Part shown: positions 1-9,423 of the stretch, piece after piece
Numbering within the stretch: position 1 is the first letter of the stretch
How the letters are laid out: the number at the start of each line of letters is the position of its first letter
Source: Eubacteriales bacterium
GTDB taxonomy: Bacteria > Bacillota > Clostridia > Oscillospirales > CAG-272
Length of the DNA stretch: 64,000 bases
Direction: 5' to 3'
Assembly: GCA_045629725.1 (NCBI GenBank)
Contig: JAZQRT010000015.1
Span: 4,189 to 68,188 of the forward strand
Notes under the pieces: generated by a model
What the model was told of the DNA's origin: nothing
The model's input: only the letters and a program-made list of their open reading frames with translations
The model's database searches: none
Position numbers and translations under genes: made by a program

Positions 1-2220
1 CGTGTAACTCACTCTTACCGATAAATTCTCCTTTTCACCCACATACGTCGAAAGGTCAAGATAAAATTTCAGCCTTACACTATCTCCGAAAATTCCGGAA
101 ATCCCGGCGATGGTCGTTTTGTCTTCGCTTCCTTTATCATAATTATAGACTGAAGTGAGCGTTATTTCGTCACCTGTTTTATAGCTTGCATATTCCTTCT
201 GCTCCTCGGTGAGTACGGAATTTGCAAGGGCATCCGTTCCGTAGTTAAAATACAACTGTGCCATTGAACCGTAATTCAGCATATCAACAAGGAGGGTCTT
301 CTCCGATGCAGTTGCTTCAGGATTGTTCAATCTGTTCTTAGCGTATACGCTTATGCCATACTCATAGGTTTCATAAACATATTCTATTCCGTCTTTTTCT
401 ATATGAAGAACTGCATTTACTGCATCGTTCATTTCCTTGGCGGCAATTCCTCTTACGTAAAATACGTAATACTTTCCGCTTTGAACATATTCCGTCATGT
501 TTACAACAAGTGATTCTCTGTCATCTCGGTACTCGCGGGTTACTACAGTATACATACTGTCCGCCCCCTCAAGCATTTCCGCTTTAACGTACAGCTTGAT
601 GGTCATTTTTGACTGGTATATTACAGATGCTCCGGCAAAGCCTACTCCATCCATGTAGACAACATCGGGAGCAAACGCCAGTCCACAAGAACAATAATCG
701 TCCTCAAAGCTATGCTCCTCTGGTGTATATTCCGCATTGAACACGGTATCATTCAAAAGAGGAGTGAAAGCCTTGTCCCAATTTGAAAATGTATTATGAA
801 AATCATCATCTACATATATATCATCGAGATTTCCTTCAAACGAGGGAATATCACCGATCATGTATTCCTGCTCATATGTACCTGAGCTGTAATTCCATGT
901 TACCGTGAAATTTTTCTCAAAAGGCTCTTCAAAAAGGAAATCTTCGCCGTAATAATCCTCTCTACCGTAAAGATAGATCTTACCCTCATCAACATAGGAT
1001 GAATAAAAGAGCATATCCTCATAGCCTTCAACTTCAAACTCAAGCTTGTTTTTTGTAACAGGGTCAAATGCCACGATCTTTTCTTGAGTGTTGAAATAAA
1101 GCAAATTATTGTAATAGCTGAGTCCAGAATACACAACCGAGTAATAGGAATTATGCGCTGCATTGGCATACCACTTGTCGGGGATATCCAAAACCGATTC
1201 ATAGGAAAGAGTTGTCTCGTCAAATTTACAAAGACTTATTTTTTCATTATTCAGGAAATAAAGCTCCCCGCCTGCCGCCACAAAGGGAGATCTTATATCC
1301 TCCCAAAATACAGAATCGTACGTTGTAGACGTACATGTATATTCCGATGTCCAATTATAATGTTCTCTGTTCGTGATTTCTGCATCGCTGAGAAGAAAAT
1401 AATTATGACGGGCATAAAAAGGTTTTCCGGGATCGGTCTCCGAACTTATGGGGTCATCCCAAGTAGCATCTATATGATAATACTTACCGTCTAATTTCAC
1501 CACGTTCCAAATATGGTTCATAGCATCGCTCGTTGCCCATGAAACCTCAATTCCAAGCTCCTTATAGCAACCAATAAGCGTAAGTGTGTATGCCTGGCAA
1601 ACACCCGTTTTATTTTTTATAAAATTATAAGCATCGTATATTGTATAGCTAAGGTCATATTGATAGTTGGCGCAGATATAATCGTGCACATAAAGAAGCT
1701 TCTCAAGATCTGTGGGAAGCGTTTTTGCAACATCGGTGATCTTTTTGATCTCTGCATTATAGACCTCAAGTGCAGCTGCATATTCATCTTTATCCATTAT
1801 ATAATTAGGATAGTACGCTACAACATACGAACCGTATGAATAACTATAACTATTATCACAATGGAAAAATTCGGGATAACTGTTTAAAAAATCAGTAACC
1901 AATGTATGAAGCTCGTCTGGTGTAAGCTTATATTTACTTATGTCAATTTCGTCTTCCATGCTCAGAATACCATCATATAAAACCTGTTCAACGGTCTTTT
2001 CACCGTTTGAGGTCAAATACTTCGGTAACTTTGCAAAATTCACATCTTCATAGGAATTCAAATTTCCGCTTTTCGGAAATCCACCCAATGACATTGACTC
2101 AATAGATGCGCTTTCAATTACAAGCTCACCCTCAATATCCGCATATGCCATACTGCCGAAAATTATTATCGCCGCCAAAAGCGAGATGCTTACCAAAGCA
2201 ATAAATAATTTCTTTTTCAT
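1..2220 (-). CDS. secreted transglutaminase-like (Cys/His/Asp core) protein; 3' end lies beyond the left window edge
   Basis: The minus-strand frame is open from nt 2220 to nt 1 (checked triplet by triplet). It is missing from the ORF track only because it has no stop inside the window. ATG at 2220 is preceded by AGAGAGGA. The N-terminus MKKKLFIALVSISLLAAIIIFGS looks like a signal peptide. GVCQAY ... NHIWNVV ... YYHIDATWDD resembles the catalytic core of transglutaminase-like peptidases. Confidence 0.7.
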   Translation of the reverse strand, partial: MKKKLFIALVSISLLAAIIIFGSMAYADIEGELVIESASIESMSLGGFPKSGNLNSYEDVNFAKLPKYLTSNGEKTVEQVLYDGILSMEDEIDISKYKLTPDELHTLVTDFLNSYPEFFHCDNSYSYSYGSYVVAYYPNYIMDKDEYAAALEVYNAEIKKITDVAKTLPTDLEKLLYVHDYICANYQYDLSYTIYDAYNFIKNKTGVCQAYTLTLIGCYKELGIEVSWATSDAMNHIWNVVKLDGKYYHIDATWDDPISSETDPGKPFYARHNYFLLSDAEITNREHYNWTSEYTCTSTTYDSVFWEDIRSPFVAAGGELYFLNNEKISLCKFDETTLSYESVLDIPDKWYANAAHNSYYSVVYSGLSYYNNLLYFNTQEKIVAFDPVTKNKLEFEVEGYEDMLFYSSYVDEGKIYLYGREDYYGEDFLFEEPFEKNFTVTWNYSSGTYEQEYMIGDIPSFEGNLDDIYVDDDFHNTFSNWDKAFTPLLNDTVFNAEYTPEEHSFEDDYCSCGLAFAPDVVYMDGVGFAGASVIYQSKMTIKLYVKAEMLEGADSMYTVVTREYRDDRESLVVNMTEYVQSGKYYVFYVRGIAAKEMNDAVNAVLHIEKDGIEYVYETYEYGISVYAKNRLNNPEATASEKTLLVDMLNYGSMAQLYFNYGTDALANSVLTEEQKEYASYKTGDEITLTSVYNYDKGSEDKTTIAGISGIFGDSVRLKFYLDLSTYVGEKENLSVRVSYT

Positions 2221-2445
2221 AATATCCTCTCTTTCTGAAATAAACAGAGCGACGCTAAAGAACAATATTTGCCCTTTCGTCGCTCCGCAATATTTATTTG
2301 GTCTTCATTAAACCCGTATAAAAAATTCAAAAGGTCTTGGGATGAAGTCACTCCCCTGCGGTCGCAAACCAATACTGATAAAAATGATCGTTACTACATG
2401 GGTGAAAATGGCTTGCCGCCAAGACTCACCGACTACCGTAACTGC

Positions 2446-3570
2446 TTATTTTGCATTCATCTTGAGATATGCGTTTATGAATCCGTCAATGTCACCGTCC
2501 ATTACTGCGCTGATGTTTCCGTCTTCATAGCCTGTTCTGGTATCCTTTGCAAGAGTATAGGGCATGAATACGTATGAACGGATCTGTGCTCCCCACTCTA
2601 TATTTGTTTTTACACCCTGAATATCCTCGATCTTCTCAAGCTTCTCACGGGCTTTGATCTCCATAAGCTTACTCTTGAGCATCTTCATGGCTGTTTCCTT
2701 GTTCTGAAGCTGGCTGCGCTCTGTCTGACATCCAACTACGATTCCTGTGGGAATGTGAAGGATTCTGATGGCAGATTCCGTCTTATTTACGTGCTGACCG
2801 CCCGCTCCGCTGGACTTGTGAGTTGTGATCTCAAGCTCATCCTCTCTGATCTCAATGGAGCCGTCGTCATTGAACTCGGGCATAACCTCAACAGAAGCAA
2901 AGGAAGTATGTCTGCGTCCCGATGAGTCAAAGGGAGATACTCTTACAAGTCTGTGTACTCCGTTTTCGCTCTTGAGATAACCGTAGGCGTTTATACCCTC
3001 AACCATGATGGTTGCACTCTTGATTCCCGCTTCTTCTCCGTCAAGCCAGTCGATAAGCTTTACGTTGTAACCATGCTTTTCACCCCAACGGGTATACATA
3101 CGGTAAAGCATGAGCGCCCAGTCCTGTGCCTCTGTTCCTCCGGCACCCGGATGAAAGGACAAAATAGCATTGTTTGCATCATATTCTCCGGAAAGAAGAA
3201 CCTCAATACGCATTTGAGCCTCAATCTTTTCGATCTCCTCAACGTCTGCAAGTATCTCCTCTGTAAAGCTTTCGTCGGATTCCTCAATTGCAAGCTCGTT
3301 GAGATCCCACGTATCTGCATGCTTTTTTACAAGTGCCTCATAGGCACCGATCTTATCCTTGAGCTGCTTGATCTCGCGAAGAATCTTTCCTGAATTCTGC
3401 TGATCCGACCAAAAGGCTGCATCAGTGGTTTTTGCCTCAAGCTCCTCTACCTTTTCTTTAAGTTCTGTAATTCTAAGGGCTGATCCCAGATCTATGATTG
3501 CCCCCTTAAGTTCGCCAAGCTTTCTCTTGGCTTCATCAAGCTGTATGATCAAAACGCTATCCTCCTTCAT
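2446..3570 (-). CDS. prfB: peptide chain release factor 2
   Basis: 374 aa with the SPF tripeptide (VSPFDSSGRRHTSF) and the GGQ motif (SGAGGQHVNKTESAIR). Collinear with full-length RF2. Confidence 0.95.
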   Translation of the reverse strand: MKEDSVLIIQLDEAKRKLGELKGAIIDLGSALRITELKEKVEELEAKTTDAAFWSDQQNSGKILREIKQLKDKIGAYEALVKKHADTWDLNELAIEESDESFTEEILADVEEIEKIEAQMRIEVLLSGEYDANNAILSFHPGAGGTEAQDWALMLYRMYTRWGEKHGYNVKLIDWLDGEEAGIKSATIMVEGINAYGYLKSENGVHRLVRVSPFDSSGRRHTSFASVEVMPEFNDDGSIEIREDELEITTHKSSGAGGQHVNKTESAIRILHIPTGIVVGCQTERSQLQNKETAMKMLKSKLMEIKAREKLEKIEDIQGVKTNIEWGAQIRSYVFMPYTLAKDTRTGYEDGNISAVMDGDIDGFINAYLKMNAK

Positions 3571-3627
3571 GCTTCGGGCTTCCCCGTAGTCTTTTAAGTA
3601 TACGTATATTTTACCTTATTTTGTAAT

Positions 3628-4404
3628 TTATTTGACCTCGAACATATTGGATGAGTATACTTCACATTCAATAGCTCCGTCAATTTTGTTTATTAATTGT
3701 GCTAAATATTTGCACACAGGATTTTCTGTATAAAAATGTCCTGCTGTAAATACAGGAAGTCCGCTTTCCGCGCTGTCAAGCGCCTTATTATATCCGCACT
3801 CCCCGGTCAGCAGACAATCTGCCTCCATTGATATTGCTTCTTTTATGGCATCTGCGCCGCTGCCACCCAAAATTGCAACCCTTTTGATCTTTTTATCAAT
3901 TCTCGTATATTCAACATACGGTGCAGAAAGTTTCTCTTTTACGAACTGTGCAAAATCCTCACAGGTCATCTCGTTTTCAAGATATCCTATGCGCCCCATG
4001 GGCTGTTCATCAACCGTAAGCGCCTCAATATCACGAAGCTCCAGCGCATCGGCAAGAGCACTGTTTACATGCTTCACATCAAGACGCGTGTGTAATGAAA
4101 TGGCAGAAATTCCGTAATTTATGAGCTTACACACTCTTTTCCCTGTGATATCACCGTAGCTTATACTTTTCATAGGTTTAAAAATCAGTGGATGATGTGA
4201 CAGGATAAGATCAAAACCGCCTTTTTTTGCATACTCGATTACAGGAAGTGTTATATCAAGAGCAACGAGCACTCGCTTTATTTCCTTACCTGCGTCAAGA
4301 CAAAGCATCTCGCCGTCATTGTCCCAATCGCAGGAAAGAGCTTCGGGAAGTACGTCACTGATATTTGAATAAAGCTCAGAATATTTCATCATTTTCCCTC
4401 TCAA
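3628..4404 (-). CDS. Nif3-like dinuclear metal centre protein (YqfO family)
   Basis: 258 aa with the SHHPLIFKP motif. It lies directly downstream of trmK and overlaps it by 29 nt, as in the yqfN-yqfO pair of Bacillus. Confidence 0.85.
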   Translation of the reverse strand: MRGKMMKYSELYSNISDVLPEALSCDWDNDGEMLCLDAGKEIKRVLVALDITLPVIEYAKKGGFDLILSHHPLIFKPMKSISYGDITGKRVCKLINYGISAISLHTRLDVKHVNSALADALELRDIEALTVDEQPMGRIGYLENEMTCEDFAQFVKEKLSAPYVEYTRIDKKIKRVAILGGSGADAIKEAISMEADCLLTGECGYNKALDSAESGLPVFTAGHFYTENPVCKYLAQLINKIDGAIECEVYSSNMFEVK

Positions 4405-5032
4405 GATATTTAGTAATCATATTAAGAAGCTCTCTTTCCTCGGCAATATTATGATTTCCGCCTTCCGTCTTTGACTTTATCTTATACTCAGTCTGACGCT
4501 TAAGCTTTTCAATACACAAAAGCGTTACCTCATCCCGTCTTGACAGATTGATCCTTCCGATATGAGCATCAAGCGGCGTGATGTGATAGGGCTCACCTGT
4601 ATATTCCACAAGCATAACGCGGTATATATGCCCCCCGTCCTTTACCCAAAGATCATCAAGTATCAAAAATCCCTCTCCTGCAAAAAGACGCGACATATCC
4701 TCAATTGAGGACATAGGCTGAAGAATGAGCTTGGGACGACAGGTTTTGACAAGAGAATTATTGATTATTCGAAAAATAAGCTCTCCGCCCATTCCGCAAA
4801 CGCTGACCGCATCAAATTCTCCTGCAAAAAGGCCTGCCATTCCATCGCAAAGTCGGGTGGATATTCTGTTTTCAAGCCCATGCGCTGCAATATTATCCTC
4901 TGCGTTTTTAACGGGTCCTTTGTTTATATCCGTTGCAATGGCAGACTTTATTTTTCCGCTCTCGCAAAGATATATCGGCAGATACCCGTGGTCGCTTCCG
5001 ATATCCGCAAGAACCGCTCCTCGAGGTATCAT
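4376..5032 (-). CDS. trmK: tRNA (adenine(22)-N(1))-methyltransferase TrmK; true start probably upstream at a non-AUG codon
   Basis: VLADIGSDHGYLPIYL and the class I SAM-methyltransferase layout. The in-frame upstream codons read IIKLDKRLRAVAD, matching the usual TrmK N-terminus, and follow a GGAGGG site (see finding). Confidence 0.85.
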   Translation of the reverse strand: MIPRGAVLADIGSDHGYLPIYLCESGKIKSAIATDINKGPVKNAEDNIAAHGLENRISTRLCDGMAGLFAGEFDAVSVCGMGGELIFRIINNSLVKTCRPKLILQPMSSIEDMSRLFAGEGFLILDDLWVKDGGHIYRVMLVEYTGEPYHITPLDAHIGRINLSRRDEVTLLCIEKLKRQTEYKIKSKTEGGNHNIAEERELLNMITKYLERENDEIF

Positions 5033-5106
5033 ATCAGCTACCGCTCTGAGCCTTTTGTCAAGTTTAATGATAAATATCCCTCCCGAGATTCAAATGTCAC
5101 GATCTC

Positions 5107-5307
5107 TTACTTTGTTGCAAGATAGTCGTTTATACGCTGGATAAGCTCCTCAGCATCCGTGCCGTGAACCGCACATGCTGCTTCAATGCTCTCTCCTCTT
5201 GAGTGAGGACAGCCAAGGCAGTGCATTCCCATTTCAAGGAAGAACTGTGCTGTTGTAGGATCAAAATCAAGAACATCTCCGATAATTGTTTCTTTTGTAA
5301 CTGTCAT
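5107..5307 (-). CDS. DUF1858 / hybrid-cluster-protein-associated redox disulfide domain protein
   Basis: 66 aa with FFLEMGMHCLGCPHSRGESIE, which contains the CxxC typical of this small family. Confidence 0.75.
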   Translation of the reverse strand: MTVTKETIIGDVLDFDPTTAQFFLEMGMHCLGCPHSRGESIEAACAVHGTDAEELIQRINDYLATK

Positions 5308-5407
5308 GGTTTAATCTCCTTCATTTTAAAAATGGATAACAAGCAAAGTAATCCGTGTATATTATAACATATTCGCCGAAAAAGTCAAACTTGATTACCG
5401 GAAAATC

Positions 5408-5436
5408 TTGAATTTTTTTTGTGTTTGTGATATGAT
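5408..5436 (+). promoter_or_regulatory. sigma-A type promoter upstream of the HIT gene
   Basis: TTGAAT, 17-nt spacer, TATGAT; located 57 nt upstream of ATG 5493. Confidence 0.5.
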
Positions 5437-5492
5437 ATACGTATAGCGTCCTATAAATAATTAAACTATAATAAAATCGGAGGGACAATAAA

Positions 5493-5831
5493 ATGAATTG
5501 TATTTTTTGCAAAATAATAAGCGGAGAGATTCCATCAAAAAAGGTATATGAAAATGACAAGCTTCTTGCTTTTTATGATATCAATCCCCAATCTTCCATT
5601 CACATTCTCGTAATTCCCAAGGAACACATTGCTTCTGTTGATGAAATAAACGAGGACAATGCCGATATCGTTGCGGAAATATTCAAAAACATTCCCAAGA
5701 TTGCCCTCCACGCAGGTATCCACGGTGGTTACAGAGTTGTTTCAAACTGCGGCGAAAACGCATGTCAAACAGTACACCACCTTCACTTCCACATTCTCGG
5801 CGGAGAAAAACTCTCCGAGCAGATGGCATAA
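5493..5831 (+). CDS. HIT family (HinT-like) nucleotide phosphoramidase
   Basis: 112 aa with the histidine triad HHLHFHILGG. RBS is GGAGGG. Confidence 0.9.
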   Translation: MNCIFCKIISGEIPSKKVYENDKLLAFYDINPQSSIHILVIPKEHIASVDEINEDNADIVAEIFKNIPKIALHAGIHGGYRVVSNCGENACQTVHHLHFHILGGEKLSEQMA

Positions 5832-5871
5832 TATAAGATACAAAATAAATTTCAGAAAGGTCGGGTTATAA

Positions 5872-7098
5872 TTGATAGAAAATAATAATTTTGAAAACAA
5901 TGGCAATGTAACCTCCGCATCTGAACTCCCTGAAAGGGAGCCAAAAGCGGAATTCGACATCAAAAGCTTTAACTCATATTCTCAGCCATATACGCACCAA
6001 GCAGAGCCTCCGCGCCAAGATACCGTGCCGCTCAGCTCATCAGAAGCACCGATCAAGCATCTTTCGCCCGATGGCTCATACTATACCCCCGAGGTACCCA
6101 CATGGTATTACGGATATAATGAAAATTCGGCAAAGCCACCCGTTGATCCCGCTCTTGAAGCACGTTTATTCAAAAAAGATCTGAGACGAAGATTTTCCTA
6201 CGTTGCATTTATGATTCTTGCAATGTTCTTCATATATCAGTTTGCAGGATCTCTTGCTCTTGGCATATACGCTGCCATGACAAATACAACGATTGAGGAT
6301 CTTTCTCAAACAGCCACCATGATCATCGGTACCCTTTCGATTGCTCTTGTGGGATTCCCCGTTTTGCTTCTTATGTTACTTCCCAAAAAAGCATCAAAGC
6401 CCATAAAATCAAAAACCAATCCAATCAAGCTGCTTCCTTACCTCACCATATCAGCTCTGTGTGTAATCTCAGGTGTTTTGCTTGGAAGCATTATTAAATC
6501 TGTACTTGGCGAGATCTTGGGAGCTGAGATGCAGGATATCGTATCAAGCGGACTTGAAGGCGTTCCGTTATGGCTGATCTTTATCTTTGTTTGTGTTTTC
6601 CCAGGAATATTTGAAGAGCTTATATTCCGCAAGCTTGTAATTGATAAAACAAGAGAGTTTGGTGATTTTGCGGCAGTTGTTTTTTCCGCCCTCACCTTTG
6701 GAATATTCCACGGAAATTTCGAGCAGTTCTTCTACGCATTCTTCACAGGTCTCCTTTTTGGATACGTATATGTAAAAACAGGACGCATTCTTTACACTAT
6801 AATCCTTCATACTACGGTAAATTTCTGCGGTTCAGTGGTTACAACCCTTATTCAGGATTCCACCGTCGCACAGTTGATTTATCTGATTGCAGTTTTTGTT
6901 ATCGGATTTATAGGCTTGATCGCCCTTGTTTTTGAGATAATTGACAATCACAAAAAATTCAACGATGATATAGGAATTCAAAAAATAGGCGGAACAGACG
7001 TTATTAAGGGTATATTCTTGAACCCCGGCGCTATTACGTTCTTTATTGTATTTATCTATGTTTTTGTTGAATATACACTTATGTCCTTCAGCTTATAA
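5872..7098 (+). CDS. CPBP family intramembrane glutamic endopeptidase with a long Pro/Ser/Tyr-rich N-terminal tail
   Basis: TTG start. Motifs FEELIFRKL and FGIFHGN lie within a polytopic membrane region. The first ~110 aa are low-complexity and non-hydrophobic. Confidence 0.8.
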   Translation: MIENNNFENNGNVTSASELPEREPKAEFDIKSFNSYSQPYTHQAEPPRQDTVPLSSSEAPIKHLSPDGSYYTPEVPTWYYGYNENSAKPPVDPALEARLFKKDLRRRFSYVAFMILAMFFIYQFAGSLALGIYAAMTNTTIEDLSQTATMIIGTLSIALVGFPVLLLMLLPKKASKPIKSKTNPIKLLPYLTISALCVISGVLLGSIIKSVLGEILGAEMQDIVSSGLEGVPLWLIFIFVCVFPGIFEELIFRKLVIDKTREFGDFAAVVFSALTFGIFHGNFEQFFYAFFTGLLFGYVYVKTGRILYTIILHTTVNFCGSVVTTLIQDSTVAQLIYLIAVFVIGFIGLIALVFEIIDNHKKFNDDIGIQKIGGTDVIKGIFLNPGAITFFIVFIYVFVEYTLMSFSL

Positions 7099-7100
7099 TC

Positions 7101-7982
7101 ATGAAAAAATATAACGCTTGGCTTACCGTCAACAGCTTTTTAAACACAAAAAAGTTTTCGGAGCTTTATTCATATCTTCTTGAGGCAGCAGAGAAAAGGG
7201 ATATCCTGCTTGAGATTAAAAAAACATCGGATATTCCTTTTTGCTCCGATGCCCCCCCTAAAAACAAGCCCGACTTCATTCTTTGGTGGGATAAAGACGT
7301 AAACCTTGCCGCGCTTTATGAAAATGCGGAAGTGAGGCTTTACAATTCCTCCCGAGCCATTGAATACTGTGACAACAAGGCTAAAACCGTTTTGGAGCTA
7401 TCAAAAAACAAAGCTATTCCCCTACCCCGCACCATTTTTGCACCCAAGACCTTTGCAGGCATCGGATATACAGATCTTTCTTTTCTTGATCACGCCGAGG
7501 ACATCCTCGGATATCCAATGATAATTAAGGAATGCTACGGCTCCTTCGGTGCACAGGTCTACCTTGCAAAGAACCGCCCCGAAGCCGAAAGCATTATAAA
7601 AGAAAGAATTATCGACCGCGAATTTATAATGCAGGAATTTATATCCGAGTCCTTTGGCAAAGACGTCAGAATAAACGTGGTGAAGGGACACGCTGTTTGC
7701 AGTATGATGCGCCATAACCCTGATGATTTTCGATCAAACATTACAAACGGCGGAAAGACGGTACTCTACGAACCCACAAAGGAGCAAATATCCGCAGCGG
7801 TTATTGCCACGGAAACACTCGGACTTGATTTTGCAGGTGTTGACGTGCTTTTCGGGAAGGACGGAGTACCCTATATTTGCGAGGTAAACTCCAATCCGCA
7901 CTTCAAAACAACTCTTGACTGTACGGGAATTAATCTTGCAGACCATATACTTGAGGGAATTATTGAGGATCTTGAAAAATGA
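7101..7982 (+). CDS. RimK-type ATP-grasp ligase (paralogue 1)
   Basis: 293 aa. YPMIIKECYGSFGAQVY ... DFRSNITNGG ... FAGVDVLF ... ICEVNSNP follows the RimK/LysX ATP-grasp pattern. Starts 2 nt after the CPBP stop. Confidence 0.8.
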   Translation: MKKYNAWLTVNSFLNTKKFSELYSYLLEAAEKRDILLEIKKTSDIPFCSDAPPKNKPDFILWWDKDVNLAALYENAEVRLYNSSRAIEYCDNKAKTVLELSKNKAIPLPRTIFAPKTFAGIGYTDLSFLDHAEDILGYPMIIKECYGSFGAQVYLAKNRPEAESIIKERIIDREFIMQEFISESFGKDVRINVVKGHAVCSMMRHNPDDFRSNITNGGKTVLYEPTKEQISAAVIATETLGLDFAGVDVLFGKDGVPYICEVNSNPHFKTTLDCTGINLADHILEGIIEDLEK

Positions 7983-8830
7983 AAGGGTATATTTTATACG
8001 ATCGAGAGGGCATATTGCGCAACCGCAGCTTTGCCGAGGCTATAATCGACCACGCTGAAAAAAGAAGCGTGAAAATCGAGATACTGCTTCGCGAGGACGT
8101 TCTGTGCACCATGCAGGACTCAAAGCTCTGCCTTGTTTCAAAAGATGGCAGGTCAATTACTGCGGATTTTATAATCAACAGATGCATCGACCCTCTTTTT
8201 GCCGAATTTGCAGAGAAATCAGGCATTAAAGTTTTTAATTCCGCTGAGGTTTGCAGAATATGCAACGACAAGCGCCTCACGCATATTCATTTTGCAGAAA
8301 AAGGCATTCCCATGGCAAACAGCGTTTTTCTCAATAAATATGACGAAGGATATTCTCCGAGTGAATATCCGAAGGTCCTTAAGGCTCCCGCAGGGCACGG
8401 CGGAAACGAAGTGTTTTTTATAAAAAACGAGATAGAATTAAAATCTCACAGCTTTACCCAAAGACTGATCCAGTCACCTGTAAAGACTCTTGGAAAGGAC
8501 CTCAGAGTTTACGTTTTAAACGGAGAGATACTCTCATCTGTGCTCAGGAGCTCCTCTCGGGATTTCCGAAGCAATTTTTCTCTTGGAGGCTCGGCGCAGA
8601 TCTATTATCCCTCCGAAAGAGAAAATGATCTTATAAAAAAGGTAATTGATGCTCTGCCAAAAGGAGCACTCTACGTTGGTATTGATTTTATTTTTGACGC
8701 AGACAAAATGCTTCTCAACGAGGTTGAAGACATCGTCGGCTCAAGAATGTTGTACCAAAAGACCTCCATCCCCGTCCATGAGCTTTTCACGGACAGCATT
8801 ATTAACGAAATGAACAAAGGAGAATCATAA
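7979..8830 (+). CDS. RimK-type ATP-grasp ligase (paralogue 2)
   Basis: 283 aa. DFRSNFSLGG ... VGIDFIF ... LNEVED follows the same pattern. ATGA start/stop overlap with paralogue 1. Confidence 0.75.
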   Translation: MKGYILYDREGILRNRSFAEAIIDHAEKRSVKIEILLREDVLCTMQDSKLCLVSKDGRSITADFIINRCIDPLFAEFAEKSGIKVFNSAEVCRICNDKRLTHIHFAEKGIPMANSVFLNKYDEGYSPSEYPKVLKAPAGHGGNEVFFIKNEIELKSHSFTQRLIQSPVKTLGKDLRVYVLNGEILSSVLRSSSRDFRSNFSLGGSAQIYYPSERENDLIKKVIDALPKGALYVGIDFIFDADKMLLNEVEDIVGSRMLYQKTSIPVHELFTDSIINEMNKGES

Positions 8831-9420
8831 TGGAAAACAAGGTTTTAAATGTTGCTGAGTGCAAGGAAAGATTTTTGAAGATCTGCCGTGAGAAAATAAA
8901 CCGCCCCGGACTTGAAAATCTTATTGAATGGCTCGAAAAAAGCGATTTCTTTTCTGCACCCGCAAGCTCCAAATTCCACGGAAACTATATCGGCGGACTT
9001 TGTGAACATTCCCTCAACGTATATGACGTTGCACTCCATTTGAAAGAAAAATACATGCCCGAGGGCATTCAGGATGAAAGCATCGCTATCGCGGCGCTTT
9101 TCCACGATCTTTGCAAGGTACACTGCTATAAAAAAGGCTTCAGAAACGTAAAAAACGATGCGGGTGTTTGGGAAAAGAAGGAAGTTTGGGAAATTGACGA
9201 GCGTCTGCCCCTCGGTCACGGCGAAAAAAGCTGTATCATTCTCCAGTGGTTCATCCGTCCCACAGTTGACGAGCTCATCGCTATACGTTGGCATATGTCA
9301 GGCTTTGACAAATCCGTTATCGGCGGCGACTATTCCATAAGCAAGGCTCAGGACTTCACTCCCCTTTGCGGACTTATTCAAGCGGCTGACATGATCGCCT
9401 CAAACCTTGTTGAAAGATAA
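8830..9420 (+). CDS. HD-domain metal-dependent phosphohydrolase
   Basis: 196 aa with FHG...CEHSL and LFHDLCK (His...His-Asp signature). TAATG overlap with the preceding gene. Confidence 0.75.
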   Translation: MENKVLNVAECKERFLKICREKINRPGLENLIEWLEKSDFFSAPASSKFHGNYIGGLCEHSLNVYDVALHLKEKYMPEGIQDESIAIAALFHDLCKVHCYKKGFRNVKNDAGVWEKKEVWEIDERLPLGHGEKSCIILQWFIRPTVDELIAIRWHMSGFDKSVIGGDYSISKAQDFTPLCGLIQAADMIASNLVER

Positions 9421-9423
9421 TTT

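Noticed and set aside
900-1494. Two track ORFs (900-1223 minus strand, 1084-1494 plus strand).
   Set aside because: Both lie inside the 740-codon open frame of the transglutaminase-like gene, which explains the region better.
2244-2290. The GAGCGACG...CGTCGCTC hairpin between prfB and the transglutaminase-like gene, considered as a riboswitch or regulatory element.
   Set aside because: It matches no known motif. It is most simply a weak prfB terminator or a 5'-UTR hairpin. The evidence is too thin for a feature call.
5321-5560. A 79-aa minus-strand ORF in the divergent promoter region upstream of the HIT gene.
   Set aside because: It is AT-rich, overlaps the HIT promoter and start, and gives a low-complexity Ile/Phe/Tyr translation.
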